From Candidatus Limnocylindrales bacterium (GTDB lineage Bacteria; Chloroflexota; Limnocylindria; Limnocylindrales; CSP1-4), in assembly GCA_046707905.1 (NCBI GenBank), contig JBKKDM010000183.1, positions 12,653 through 76,652 on the forward strand: 64,000 bases of DNA. The letters run 5' to 3'. A program made the translations under genes and the position numbers. Shown piece after piece: positions 54,867 through 63,722 of this stretch (position 1 is the stretch's first letter; each line of letters opens with the position of its first letter). The notes below the pieces were generated by a model. That model worked only from the letters and a program-made list of their open reading frames with translations. It ran no database searches and was not told the DNA's origin.

Positions 54867-56300
54867 GTGACCACCACGGAGTCGCGGGGTGAGACCGGGG
54901 CCGCGCCGGGCGCGACCCGCTCGGAGTCCGACTCGATGGGCGCCATCGACGTCCCGGCGGACCGCTACTGGGCCGCGCAGACCCAGCGCTCGCTCCACCA
55001 CTTCGCGATCGGGCGGGACGAGATGCCGCGGCGGATCATCCGCGCGTTCGGTCTGCTCAAGCTCGCCGCCGCAAGCGTGAACGCCGAGCTGGGCCTCCTG
55101 ACGCCCGAGCAGCACGAGCTGATCGCCGCCGCCGCGTCGGAGGTCGCCGACGGGCGCCTGGCCGCCGAGTTCCCGCTCCGGGTCTGGCAGACCGGCTCCG
55201 GCACCCAGTCGAACATGAACGTCAACGAGGTCATCGCCGGCCGGGCCAACGAGGTTGCCACCGGAGCGAGAGGCGGAAAGTCCCCGATCCATCCGAACGA
55301 CCACGTGAATCGCAGCCAGTCGAGCAACGACACGTTCCCGACCGCGCTGCACATGGCGGTCGCGATGGCGATCCACGAGGACCTCCTGCCGTCGGTTCGA
55401 GCCCTGCGTGATGCCCTCGACGCCAAGCGGGTCGAGTTCGACGACGTGGTGAAGATCGGGCGGACCCACCTCCAGGACGCCGTCCCGCTGACGCTGGGCC
55501 AGGAGTTCTCCGGCTACGTTGCGCAGCTCGAGGGCGACGTCGCGCGGATCGAGGCCACGCTCCCGGGCCTGTACGAGATCGCGCTCGGCGGGACCGCCGT
55601 GGGCACGGGGATCAACAGCCACCCCGAGTTCGCGGAGCGGGTCGCGCGGCGGATCGCCGAGCTCACCAGCCTGCCGTTCGTGACGGCGCCGAACAAGTTC
55701 CAGGCCCTCGCCGGCCAGGAGGCGGCGGTCTTCACGTCCGGCGCGCTCAAGACGCTGGCCACGAGCCTGATGAAGATCGCGAACGACATCCGCTGGCTCG
55801 GATCCGGGCCGCGCGCGGGCCTCGGCGAGCTCCGGATCCCCGAGAACGAGCCGGGCTCGTCGATCATGCCGGGCAAGGTCAACCCGACCCAGTCCGAGGC
55901 GCTCACGATGGTCTGCGTCCAGGTCCTGGGCTACGACGCCGCAATCGGATTTGCCGGCTCGCAGGGCAACTTCGAGCTCAACGTCTTCAAGCCGGTGATC
56001 GCCCACGACCTCCTCCACTCGATCGAATTGCTGTCCGATGCGAGCCGCAGCTTCCGCGAGCATTGCGTCGTGGGACTCGAGGCTGACCGCACGCGCATCG
56101 ACGAGCATGTCGCGAACTCCCTCATGCTCGTCACGGCCCTGACACCTCGGATCGGGTATGACAAGGCTGCCGAGATTGCCAAGAAGGCACACAAGGAGGG
56201 CACGACGCTCCGCGTCGCTGCCCTGGCACTTGGACATCTCGACGAGGCCGAGTTCGACGAGCTGATGCGGCCGGAGGCGATGACTCGCCCCCAGGCCTAG
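54867..56300 (+). CDS. fumC: Class II fumarate hydratase
   Basis: 477-aa [37 protein letters not shown] and the [16 protein letters not shown] signature. Confidence 0.9.
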   Translation: MTTTESRGETGAAPGATRSESDSMGAIDVPADRYWAAQTQRSLHHFAIGRDEMPRRIIRAFGLLKLAAASVNAELGLLTPEQHELIAAAASEVADGRLAAEFPLRVWQTGSGTQSNMNVNEVIAGRANEVATGARGGKSPIHPNDHVNRSQSSNDTFPTALHMAVAMAIHEDLLPSVRALRDALDAKRVEFDDVVKIGRTHLQDAVPLTLGQEFSGYVAQLEGDVARIEATLPGLYEIALGGTAVGTGINSHPEFAERVARRIAELTSLPFVTAPNKFQALAGQEAAVFTSGALKTLATSLMKIANDIRWLGSGPRAGLGELRIPENEPGSSIMPGKVNPTQSEALTMVCVQVLGYDAAIGFAGSQGNFELNVFKPVIAHDLLHSIELLSDASRSFREHCVVGLEADRTRIDEHVANSLMLVTALTPRIGYDKAAEIAKKAHKEGTTLRVAALALGHLDEAEFDELMRPEAMTRPQA

Positions 56301-56372
56301 GGCCCGCCGGACGCGGCGACACCGGGCGAACCGCCACCCAGGCGGGACGCGAGGTCGCCAGGAGGAGCGCTC

Positions 56373-57263
56373 GTGCGCTGGAGACGATCAGGGACTTCAC
56401 AGGTCGAGGACCGCCGCGGCCAGGGTGGCGGCGGGCTCGGCGGTATGAGCCTCGGCGGCGGCGGAGGTGGCCTGCCCATCCCGATGGGCGGCGGCATCGG
56501 CGGCATCGTTGTCGTTGTGATCATCTTCGTCGTCATCCAGCTGATGAACGGCGGCTTCGGCGGCGGCACCCAGAACCCCGGCGGTGGTGGCACGACCTCG
56601 TCGCTCAGCCCGGATGACGAGATGGGCCAGTTCGTCAACTCGGTGACGGTCGACATCCAGACCTTCTGGGAGGACGAGTTCCGTGCCCGCGGCAGCGATT
56701 ACCCGGAAACGGTGACCGTGCTCTTCACCAACGGGACGCAGACCGGCTGCGGTGCCGCATCGTCGGCGACGGGCCCGTTCTATTGCCCGGCCGACCAGAA
56801 GATCTTCCTCGACCCGGGGTTCTTCGACGAGCTGAGCCGGCGCTTCGGGGCCCCGGGCGACTTCGCCCAGGCCTACGTGATCGCGCACGAGTACGGCCAT
56901 CACGTCCAGGACGTGCTCGGGACCATGGACCAGGTCCAGCAGCAGCAGACGTCGGGCAATGCCAACGATCTGTCGATCCGACTCGAGCTCCAAGCTGACT
57001 GCCTCGCGGGCATGTGGGCGAACTGGGTCATGGCCAATCCCGATCAGGCGAACGTCGAATCGATCACCGACGAAGACGTCCGCGAGGGTCTCAACGCCGC
57101 CGCGGCGGTCGGTGACGACCGGATCCAGGAGCAGGCGACCGGCACGATCGACAAGGAATCGTGGACGCACGGCTCTGCCGAGCAGCGCATGAAGTGGTTC
57201 AACGTCGGGTTCAAGCAGGGCGACCTGGAGGCCTGCGACACCTTCGCGGCGGCGACGCCGTAG
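56373..57263 (+). CDS. YpfJ-family putative neutral zinc metallopeptidase
   Basis: 296-aa ORF. Gly-rich TM N-terminus, GPFYCPADQKIFLD and AYVIAHEYGHHVQ (HExxH). Confidence 0.85.
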   Translation: MRWRRSGTSQVEDRRGQGGGGLGGMSLGGGGGGLPIPMGGGIGGIVVVVIIFVVIQLMNGGFGGGTQNPGGGGTTSSLSPDDEMGQFVNSVTVDIQTFWEDEFRARGSDYPETVTVLFTNGTQTGCGAASSATGPFYCPADQKIFLDPGFFDELSRRFGAPGDFAQAYVIAHEYGHHVQDVLGTMDQVQQQQTSGNANDLSIRLELQADCLAGMWANWVMANPDQANVESITDEDVREGLNAAAAVGDDRIQEQATGTIDKESWTHGSAEQRMKWFNVGFKQGDLEACDTFAAATP

Positions 57264-57276
57264 CGTCACGCACCTT

Positions 57277-57308
57277 CGCCCGGGTGACACGCGCCCGGGT
57301 GACACGCG
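57277..57308. repeat. 15-nt tandem repeat cgcccgggtgacacg, 2.1 copies
   Basis: Copies lie at 57277-57291 and 57292-57306, followed by a partial cg. Checked against the repeated RVTRA peptide in ORF 57211..57426. Confidence 0.9.
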
Positions 57309-57315
57309 GCCCGGC

Positions 57316-57463
57316 GATCAGCCGGCTGATGACCTCGAGGATCTCGCGTGCCTCTCGGACCGGGTCGATCAGTCGGTTGAGCAGATGGCGGTGTCGATCA
57401 GCCGGACGATGAGAACGGGCGTCCATCGGGCCATTTGCCCGCGACTGATCAGCGGGCTGATGA
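57316..57463. repeat. Four dispersed copies of a 17-nt palindrome-containing motif GATCAGCCGGCTGATGA
   Basis: Copies: 57316-57332 gatcagccggctgatga (contains the perfect 14-bp palindrome atcagccggctgat), 57367-57383 gatcagtcggttgagca, 57396-57412 gatcagccggacgatga, 57447-57463 gatcagcgggctgatga. Start-to-start spacings are 51, 29 and 51 nt. Confidence 0.85.
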
Positions 57464-57480
57464 AACGTTGGGCGAGCGGT

Positions 57481-57867
57481 CTACGGCCGCTTCCTGCGGG
57501 CCTTCGGCTCCTTCGGCGGCATCGTGGCCGTAAAGGCGAGGGCCTCGCTCACCCAGGCATCGACCTGGGCGTCGTCCGCGACGATCGCGGCCGGCATGAC
57601 GGCGTATCCCTTCATCTCGCGGCCGGGCATCACGGAGAAGGTCGTGAACTGGCCGCCGCCGAGGACCTCGGCGAGGCGGTCGGGCGCCAGCCGGACCCAC
57701 CACTTGTCCGCGAACAGCCCGGTGGCCATGTTGCCGCCGACCCAGGCGCAGGGATGGCCGAACATCGGCCGGCGCGTCGTCTCGGGCGTGGCCACGCGAG
57801 CGAGGACGGTCGCGAACCGCGCGACGAGGTCGCCGGGCGGCTTCTCGAACCTGGGCATCTCCGGCAT
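57481..57867 (-). CDS. TfoX N-terminal-domain-like protein
   Basis: 128-aa ORF. RRPMFGHPCAWVGGNMATGLFADKWWVRL...REMKGYAVMP resembles the TfoX_N fold pattern. Confidence 0.65.
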   Translation of the reverse strand: MPEMPRFEKPPGDLVARFATVLARVATPETTRRPMFGHPCAWVGGNMATGLFADKWWVRLAPDRLAEVLGGGQFTTFSVMPGREMKGYAVMPAAIVADDAQVDAWVSEALAFTATMPPKEPKARRKRP

Positions 57868-57877
57868 CGGCGTGACT

Positions 57878-58873
57878 TTACCGCCGGCGCTGCTCGCGCG
57901 GCGTCAGATCGCGGGCGAGATCGCGCGGGGCGACGCGGGGTCCGCGGCGCGGCGGTCCGACGCCGGCCCGCTCCAGCAGCTTGACCACGCGCGCCCGATG
58001 TCCGGCCCACGGCGCGAGGAGCTCCAGCATCTCCTCGTCCGTGCCACGTGGCCGTCCCGCGAGCGCGAAACCGACGACGTGGGCCAGGTGGAAGTCGCCG
58101 ACGCTCACGGCGTCCGGATCGCCGAGAGCCCGGAGCGTCACCTCCGCCGCGGTCCATGGCCCGATGCCGGGAAGGGCGCGCAGGGCGGTGGCGAGATTCG
58201 TCGCTCCCTTCCCGCCCCCGCCGGGCCGGCGGGCCGCTTCGGCCAACGCCTCGAAGCGCGGTGCCTCGGCGGCCACGCGGCGGAGCAGCGTTGCCCGGCG
58301 GGGCTCGATCCCGAGGGACACCAGGTCGTAGTGCGGGATCCGGGCGACCAGCGCGGCCGGGGGTGCCGTCAACAGGCCCAACGGCCCCGGCGCCGGCGAT
58401 CCATGGGCTCGCACCAGCCGCCGGAAGTTCCGCCACGCCTCCGTGCCCGTGATCCGCTGCTCCAGGATCGCGGGAAGCAGGGCGTCCCAGACCGCGCCCG
58501 TCCGGCCCAGCCGGACGCGGCCGCTCTGCCTCGCCAGCGAGCTCACGAGGCGATGGAGCCCCGGATCGAAGCCGGCGTCGTCGTCGTCGAGCCCCAGCAG
58601 GGCCGGCACGCCCGCCAGCAGCAGCTCCCAGCCGGGGCCCCACGCGCGGGCCCGGACCTCGCGGCCGTTGACCCGCAGCTCCAGCGCCCCCGGCCCGGCG
58701 GGGGTCACGGAGGCGCGGATCGCCGCTCCCGACGCGACCCGCATCGTGGGGTCGCCGGCACCGCGAACCAAAGGTCCCAGGGCGACCCGCAGGTCGATCG
58801 GGCGATCAAGCGAGACGGTCCGCGCCGGAACCCCCGGGGCACCATCCGATAGGTCCGCGACGACGTCGTTCAC
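57878..58873 (-). CDS. AlkA-like DNA glycosylase (HhH-GPD) with an N-terminal AlkA_N-like domain
   Basis: 331-aa ORF. ILEQRITGTEAW, LRALPGIGPWTAAEVTLRALGDPDAVSVGDFHL. This is the second member of this superfamily in the window. Confidence 0.75.
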   Translation of the reverse strand: MNDVVADLSDGAPGVPARTVSLDRPIDLRVALGPLVRGAGDPTMRVASGAAIRASVTPAGPGALELRVNGREVRARAWGPGWELLLAGVPALLGLDDDDAGFDPGLHRLVSSLARQSGRVRLGRTGAVWDALLPAILEQRITGTEAWRNFRRLVRAHGSPAPGPLGLLTAPPAALVARIPHYDLVSLGIEPRRATLLRRVAAEAPRFEALAEAARRPGGGGKGATNLATALRALPGIGPWTAAEVTLRALGDPDAVSVGDFHLAHVVGFALAGRPRGTDEEMLELLAPWAGHRARVVKLLERAGVGPPRRGPRVAPRDLARDLTPREQRRR

Positions 58874-58956
58874 CGGGCTGCGAGGACGCTGCGATGGCGG
58901 AGCGGGAAGCCGCCACCGCCCGCTGATGGGCGTTTTCGAGTAAGGTTCCCGCAGAC

Positions 58957-59553
58957 GTGCGACTCCCCAGAGTCGTCGCGCGCGCTGCGCTCATCGCCGC
59001 GCTCGCCTCGATCGTCGTCCCCGCGGTTGCCGGGTCGCGCATTCCCAGCGCACCCCAGGCCCTCGATCCAGCGGCCTTTCATGAGGTCGGTCTGGCTCGG
59101 ACGCAGACGATGATGACGACCCTCGTTCTTGACCCCGCGAACCGGTCCGACGGCAGCCTGGCATTCGATGGCGTGCTCCGCGAGCCTGGCCCGAACGCGG
59201 CCGCCGCCCTGCCGCGCCCGGATGTCAGCACCCCGCTCTCGAAGGCCATCGTGGTCGAGACCTGGAAGCTCGACAACAACATCAGCTGGTACGGCCCGGG
59301 CTTCAACGGCAACGGTGGTGCCTGCGGGATGTACGGTGCCAACGGCCTCGGCCCCGAGGACATCGGCGTGGCCCACCGGACCCTGCCGTGCGGCACGAGA
59401 GTGACCTTCCGCTACAACGGGGTCACCGTGGTCACATCCGTCAAGGATCGCGGGCCGTACGTGGCCGGCCGGACCTGGGACATGACCCGCGGCCTGTGCG
59501 AGGCGCTTCGACACTGCTTCACCGGCGGAGGCGTGTACTACAAGATCGGCTGA
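58957..59553 (+). CDS. Secreted RlpA-like double-psi beta-barrel (DPBB) protein
   Basis: Signal peptide MRLPRVVARAALIAALASIVVPAVAG. ISWYGPGFNGNGGACG...VAHRTLPCGTRVTFRYNGVTVVTSVKDRGPYVAGRTWDMT matches the RlpA/DPBB pattern. Confidence 0.75.
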   Translation: MRLPRVVARAALIAALASIVVPAVAGSRIPSAPQALDPAAFHEVGLARTQTMMTTLVLDPANRSDGSLAFDGVLREPGPNAAAALPRPDVSTPLSKAIVVETWKLDNNISWYGPGFNGNGGACGMYGANGLGPEDIGVAHRTLPCGTRVTFRYNGVTVVTSVKDRGPYVAGRTWDMTRGLCEALRHCFTGGGVYYKIG

Positions 59554-59587
59554 GGCCGAGGCCCCTCGCGCGCCTATCCTCGGCGCC

Positions 59588-61279
59588 GTGGACCGTTGGC
59601 GCACGATCATCGAGCCGTTCCGGATCCACTCCGTCGAGCCCGTTCGCCTGACGACGGTCGAGCAGCGCGCCGCGGCGCTCGTGACAGCCGGGTACAACCT
59701 CTTCAACCTCCACGCGGCCGACGTCCTGATCGATCTCCTGACCGATTCTGGCACCGGCGCGATGTCGCGCGACCAGTGGGCTGCCGTCCAGCACGGCGAC
59801 GAGAGCTACGCCGGCTCGCCATCGTGGTTCGCCTTCCTCGAGGCCGTCCAGGCGCTCTTCCCGTTCCGCCACGTCATCCCGACCCACCAGGGCCGGGCTG
59901 CCGAGAAGATCCTGTTCAGCGTCCTCGGCGGCCAGGGGCGCGTCGTGCCCAACAACACCCATTTCGACACGACGCGGGCGAACGTCGAGTTCACCGGCGC
60001 CGAGGCCCTCGATCTGGTGATCCCAGAGGGCCGCGACCCGTCGCTGGACCACCCGTTCAAGGGCAACATGGACATCGAGGCGCTGGACCGGCTCCTCGCC
60101 GAGCGCGGCACCGACGTTCCGGTCGTGTTCGTCACGATCACCAACAACTCCGGCGGCGGCCAGCCGGTTTCGCTCGAGAACCTGCGGGGCGTGCGGGCCG
60201 TCTGCGATCGGCACCGCGTGCCCCTGTTCCTCGACGCCTGCCGGTTCGCCGAGTACGCCTGGTTCATCTAGCTGCGCGAGCCCGGCCAGGCCGATCGCTC
60301 GATCCCGGACATCGTGCGCGACATGGCGGCGCTCGCCGACGGCATGACGATGTCGGCAAAGAAGGACGGCCTCGCGAACATCGGCGGCTGGCTCGCGGTC
60401 AACGACGACGCCCTCGCCGAGCGCGGCACCGACGTTCCGGTCGTGTTGGTCACGCTCACCCACAACTCCGGCGGCGGCCAGCCGGTTTCGCTCGAGGCCC
60501 TGCGGGGCGTGCGGGCCGTCTTCGCCCGGCACCGCGTGCCCCTGTTCCTCGACGCCTGCCGGTTCGCCGAGAACGCCTGGTTCATCAAGCTGCGCGAGCC
60601 CGGCCAGGCCGATCGCTCGATCCCGGACATCGTGCGGGAGATGGCGTCCCTCGCCGATGGGATGACGATGTCGGCCAAGAAGGACGGCCTCGCCAACATC
60701 GGTGGCTGGCTGGCGCTCAACGATGATGGCCTCGCGGAGCAGTGCCGGAACCTCCTGATCCTGACCGAGGGCTTCCCGACCTACGGCGGCCTTGCCGGTC
60801 GCGACCTCGAGGCCATCGCGCAGGGCCTCACCGAGGTCGTGGACGAGGACTACCTCCGCTACCGAGTGCGTTCCACCGCGTACCTGGGCGAGGCGCTGGA
60901 CGAGGCCGGTGTGCCGGTCGTCAAGCCCTTCGGCGGCCACGCCGTGTACCTCGACGCGCGGGCCCTCCTGCCGCACGTGGCGCCACTGGAATACCCCGGC
61001 CAGGCGCTGGCCATCGCGCTGTACCGGGAGGGCGGAATCCGGGGCTGCGAGATCGGCACGGTCATGTTCGGACGGCGCCCGGATGGCTCGGAGTCGCCCG
61101 CGGCGATGGATCTCGTTCGACTCGCGATCCCGCGCCGCACGTACACCCAGAGCCATGTCGACTACGTGATCGAGGTGGTCCGCTGGGTCGCGGAGCGAGC
61201 ATCGTCGCTTCGAGGCGTCCGAATCGTCGAGCAGCCGCCGGCGCTGCGGCACTTCACCGCGAGGTTCGAACCGATCTGA
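59588..61279 (+). pseudogene. Beta-eliminating lyase (tryptophanase / tyrosine phenol-lyase family) gene interrupted by an in-frame TAG and containing an internal 106-codon tandem duplication
   Basis: ORFs 59588..60271 and 60314..61279 are in the same frame and are separated only by the TAG at 60269-60271. Family motifs: IIEPFRIHSVEP, DLLTDSGTGAMS, THQGRAAE, NNSGGGQPVS, DACRFAENAWFIK and MSAKKDGL (PLP-Lys). Without one repeat copy the length is about 457 codons, as expected for the family. Confidence 0.75.
60095..60730 (+). repeat. Tandem duplication, 2 x 318 bp (60095-60412 and 60413-60730), diverged
   Basis: Both copies encode LAERGTDVPVV.VT.T.NSGGGQPVSLE.LRGVRAV..RHRVPLFLDACRFAE.AWFI.LREPGQADRSIPDIVR.MA.LADGMTMSAKKDGLANIGGWLA.NDD. 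By-eye alignment gives about two dozen nucleotide differences and 12 residue differences, one of which is K (AAG, copy 2) versus stop (TAG, copy 1). Confidence 0.9.
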
Positions 61280-61304
61280 GCCCCGGGCGCCGCGACGGGC
61301 CCCG

Positions 61305-63533
61305 CTAGGCGGTCGCTGGCTCCTGGTTGGAGGTCGGCAGGACCGGCGGCGGACCCGCTGGGGCCTCCGCGGGCTCCCGATCGAAGACGTGTACCGTGTC
61401 ATCGGTCGAGGCGAAATCCAGCTCGTCGACGTAGGCCGGGATGCTGAAGCCGAACTCCGAGCCGCCCTCGGGCCGCGCGCGGGCCCAGATGCGGCCGCCC
61501 ATCGCCGCGACGAGCTCGCGACAGACGAACAGCCCGATCCCGGCGCCCGGAGCCGTCGTCGCCTGCTGGGCGGACCGGTAGTAGAGCCCGAACAACCGCT
61601 CGGCGTCGTCCTCGGCGATGCCCGGGCCGTCGTCGCGAACCTTGATGAGGACCTCGCCCTCGGCGTCCTCCAGGCTCACCTCGACGCTCGACCCGGCGCC
61701 GCTGTACTTCGCGGCGTTGGACAGCAGGTTCCGCATGATCTGGGCGAGGTACTCCTCGTCGGCGGCGACCATCTGGACCGGGCCGTTCGAGGCGAGGCTG
61801 ATCGTGACCTCCGGCCAGAGGGCCTTCTCGCGCTCGACCAGCTGCTTGATGATCCGCTCCAGGAGCACGGGCCGGACGCCGCCGAACTCCCCGCCGCGCT
61901 CGATGCGGGCCATCGCGACGAGGTTCTCGATCATGCGCTGGAGACGCTCTGCCTCCGCCGCGACGCCCTCGAGCAGCTCGTTCCGGGTTTCCGGGTCGAG
62001 CCGGGCCCCGCGCCCCAGCAGGAGCTGCGTGCCGCCGTAGATCGACGTCACCGGCGTGCGGAGCTCGTGCGACAGCACGCCGAGGAAGCGATCCCGGATC
62101 TGGTCGGCCTCATGGCGCCAAGTGACATCCGAGATGACCGCGACCTGGAACGGCTGGCCATCGAGCTCGAAGGTGCTGCGCGCGATCTCGGCCGGGAAGT
62201 GGGTGCCGTCCAGGCGCCGGCCGGTCGACTCCGATCGGTAGACCGCCCGCTCGCCGAGCATCGTGGGGGTTTCGTCCTTGTGCAGCGCCACGAGGTCGCC
62301 GAGCGGCGTGCCGATGAGGCGCTCGACCTCGCACCCGAAGAGCTCGCCGGCCTGACGGGTGGCCCAGGTCACGCGGCTCTCGGCGTCGAGCGCCAGGATC
62401 GGGTTGGGATCTGCGTCGAGAAGAGCTCGGAAGCGGGCCTCGCTGGCGCGCGCGACGCGCGACTCCTCCGCCTCTCGCCGGGCCTCGCCGAGACCGATGA
62501 GCATCTCCTCGCGGTCGATGGCGTGGCCGGTCAGTGAGGCCAGGTCGGCAAGCAGCGCGAGATCGTCGCCGACGAAGAGCGGACGGCCCTCGATGTCCGC
62601 GACCAGGCGCTCCGTGGAATCTTCGCCCGGGCGGACCGCGAGCTCTACCGTCGAGACGACGGGCTGGCGCACCCCTGGCGCCCATTCGCGCTCAGGCAGC
62701 TCGCCGACGACGGCAAGGGGCGGCCCGGGCACCCTGCCGAGAATCGAGACGCGGCGGGCTCCGAGGATGTCCCGAGCCGTCTGTGCCAGGTCGGCCCAGA
62801 GCGCGCCCGGGGTGAGATCCGTCGACGGCGCGACGAGGCTGCGGACGAGGTGGAAGGACGCGGCCCGATTGATGAATTGACGGAACCAGCGGGGCGGCAC
62901 GAACGCGCCGAGGTAGCCAACGGTTGCCATCAGGAAGATGAACCGGGTGACCGTCTGCAGGTCGGCCGCGGCCGGGGTGTTGGCCGGGCGGGCCGCCCCT
63001 GCGATGCCGGAGATGAGGATCGATGCCCCGAAGAAGGCGGTCGCGATGGCCGCCGAGACGAGGCGGATCCGGGCGACGCCGTAGCGACGCCGGCTCTCGA
63101 CGGCGAACCAGGCAGCGGCGCCCAGCTCGACCACGAAGAAGTAGAGGACGGCGAAGAGGGTCCCGACCTGCCGAAGGATGTCGAGCTTTAGCGCGCTCGC
63201 AGCGGGCGGCAGCAGCACCACCGCTTCCCACGCGGCGACACCGCCCAGCAGGGCGATGCGCATGATCATGGGTCGAACCGGCCGGATCTGGGCGATGAGC
63301 CGCAGGACGAGGAACGGCTGGGCGAACAGCAGCCCGATCAGGATCGGCCGGCCCAGCTGCGCGAGCGTCTCGTTCAGCGTGTTCAGGAATGTCAGCGCGA
63401 ACAGGGCGGCGATCGACCCGAACACCGCCATTACCGACAGCTCGAGCGGGCCGCGGTTGCGGATGAACTGGTAGACGCTGACGCCGAACAGGACAAAGAA
63501 CGCCAGTTGCAGCGCGGTGGTGATCGGGTCCAA
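61305..63533 (-). CDS. Sensor histidine kinase with a large polytopic N-terminal domain, a central GAF/PAS-like region, HisKA and HATPase_c
   Basis: 742-aa ORF. About 7-8 TM segments at the N-terminus. PAS-like ILALDAESRVTWATRQAGELFG. H-box FLGVLSHELRTPVTSI. N/G boxes LLSNAAKYS, VRDDGPGI and GAGIGLFVCRELV. No response regulator is adjacent. Confidence 0.87.
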   Translation of the reverse strand: MDPITTALQLAFFVLFGVSVYQFIRNRGPLELSVMAVFGSIAALFALTFLNTLNETLAQLGRPILIGLLFAQPFLVLRLIAQIRPVRPMIMRIALLGGVAAWEAVVLLPPAASALKLDILRQVGTLFAVLYFFVVELGAAAWFAVESRRRYGVARIRLVSAAIATAFFGASILISGIAGAARPANTPAAADLQTVTRFIFLMATVGYLGAFVPPRWFRQFINRAASFHLVRSLVAPSTDLTPGALWADLAQTARDILGARRVSILGRVPGPPLAVVGELPEREWAPGVRQPVVSTVELAVRPGEDSTERLVADIEGRPLFVGDDLALLADLASLTGHAIDREEMLIGLGEARREAEESRVARASEARFRALLDADPNPILALDAESRVTWATRQAGELFGCEVERLIGTPLGDLVALHKDETPTMLGERAVYRSESTGRRLDGTHFPAEIARSTFELDGQPFQVAVISDVTWRHEADQIRDRFLGVLSHELRTPVTSIYGGTQLLLGRGARLDPETRNELLEGVAAEAERLQRMIENLVAMARIERGGEFGGVRPVLLERIIKQLVEREKALWPEVTISLASNGPVQMVAADEEYLAQIMRNLLSNAAKYSGAGSSVEVSLEDAEGEVLIKVRDDGPGIAEDDAERLFGLYYRSAQQATTAPGAGIGLFVCRELVAAMGGRIWARARPEGGSEFGFSIPAYVDELDFASTDDTVHVFDREPAEAPAGPPPVLPTSNQEPATA

Positions 63534-63722
63534 GCCGGAGCGGTCCTCCGCAGGTTTCGCCGTTGCTCCGCGAGCGCGTTCGCTCGGGGTTCCGAGGTCA
63601 CATCATCGCCGTTCCCAGGGTCCCGGGAATAACACGAACATTACAACTGACTGTCCGAGAGGTCGGCTTCCGGCGCCTCTCGGCAACGGGGTTTTCGGTT
63701 GGCTGGCTGGTAGGCTGCCCGC

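Noticed and set aside
57211-57426. 71-codon minus-strand ORF through the repeat-rich spacer (MDARSHRPADRHRHLLNRLIDPVREAREILEVISRLIAG...)
   Set aside because: Its 3' third overlaps the YpfJ-like coding region. It has no ribosome-binding site, and its third-position bias is patchy. Part of its apparent peptide periodicity is simply the DNA repeats. It is kept as a possibility under the repeat finding and is not a called CDS.
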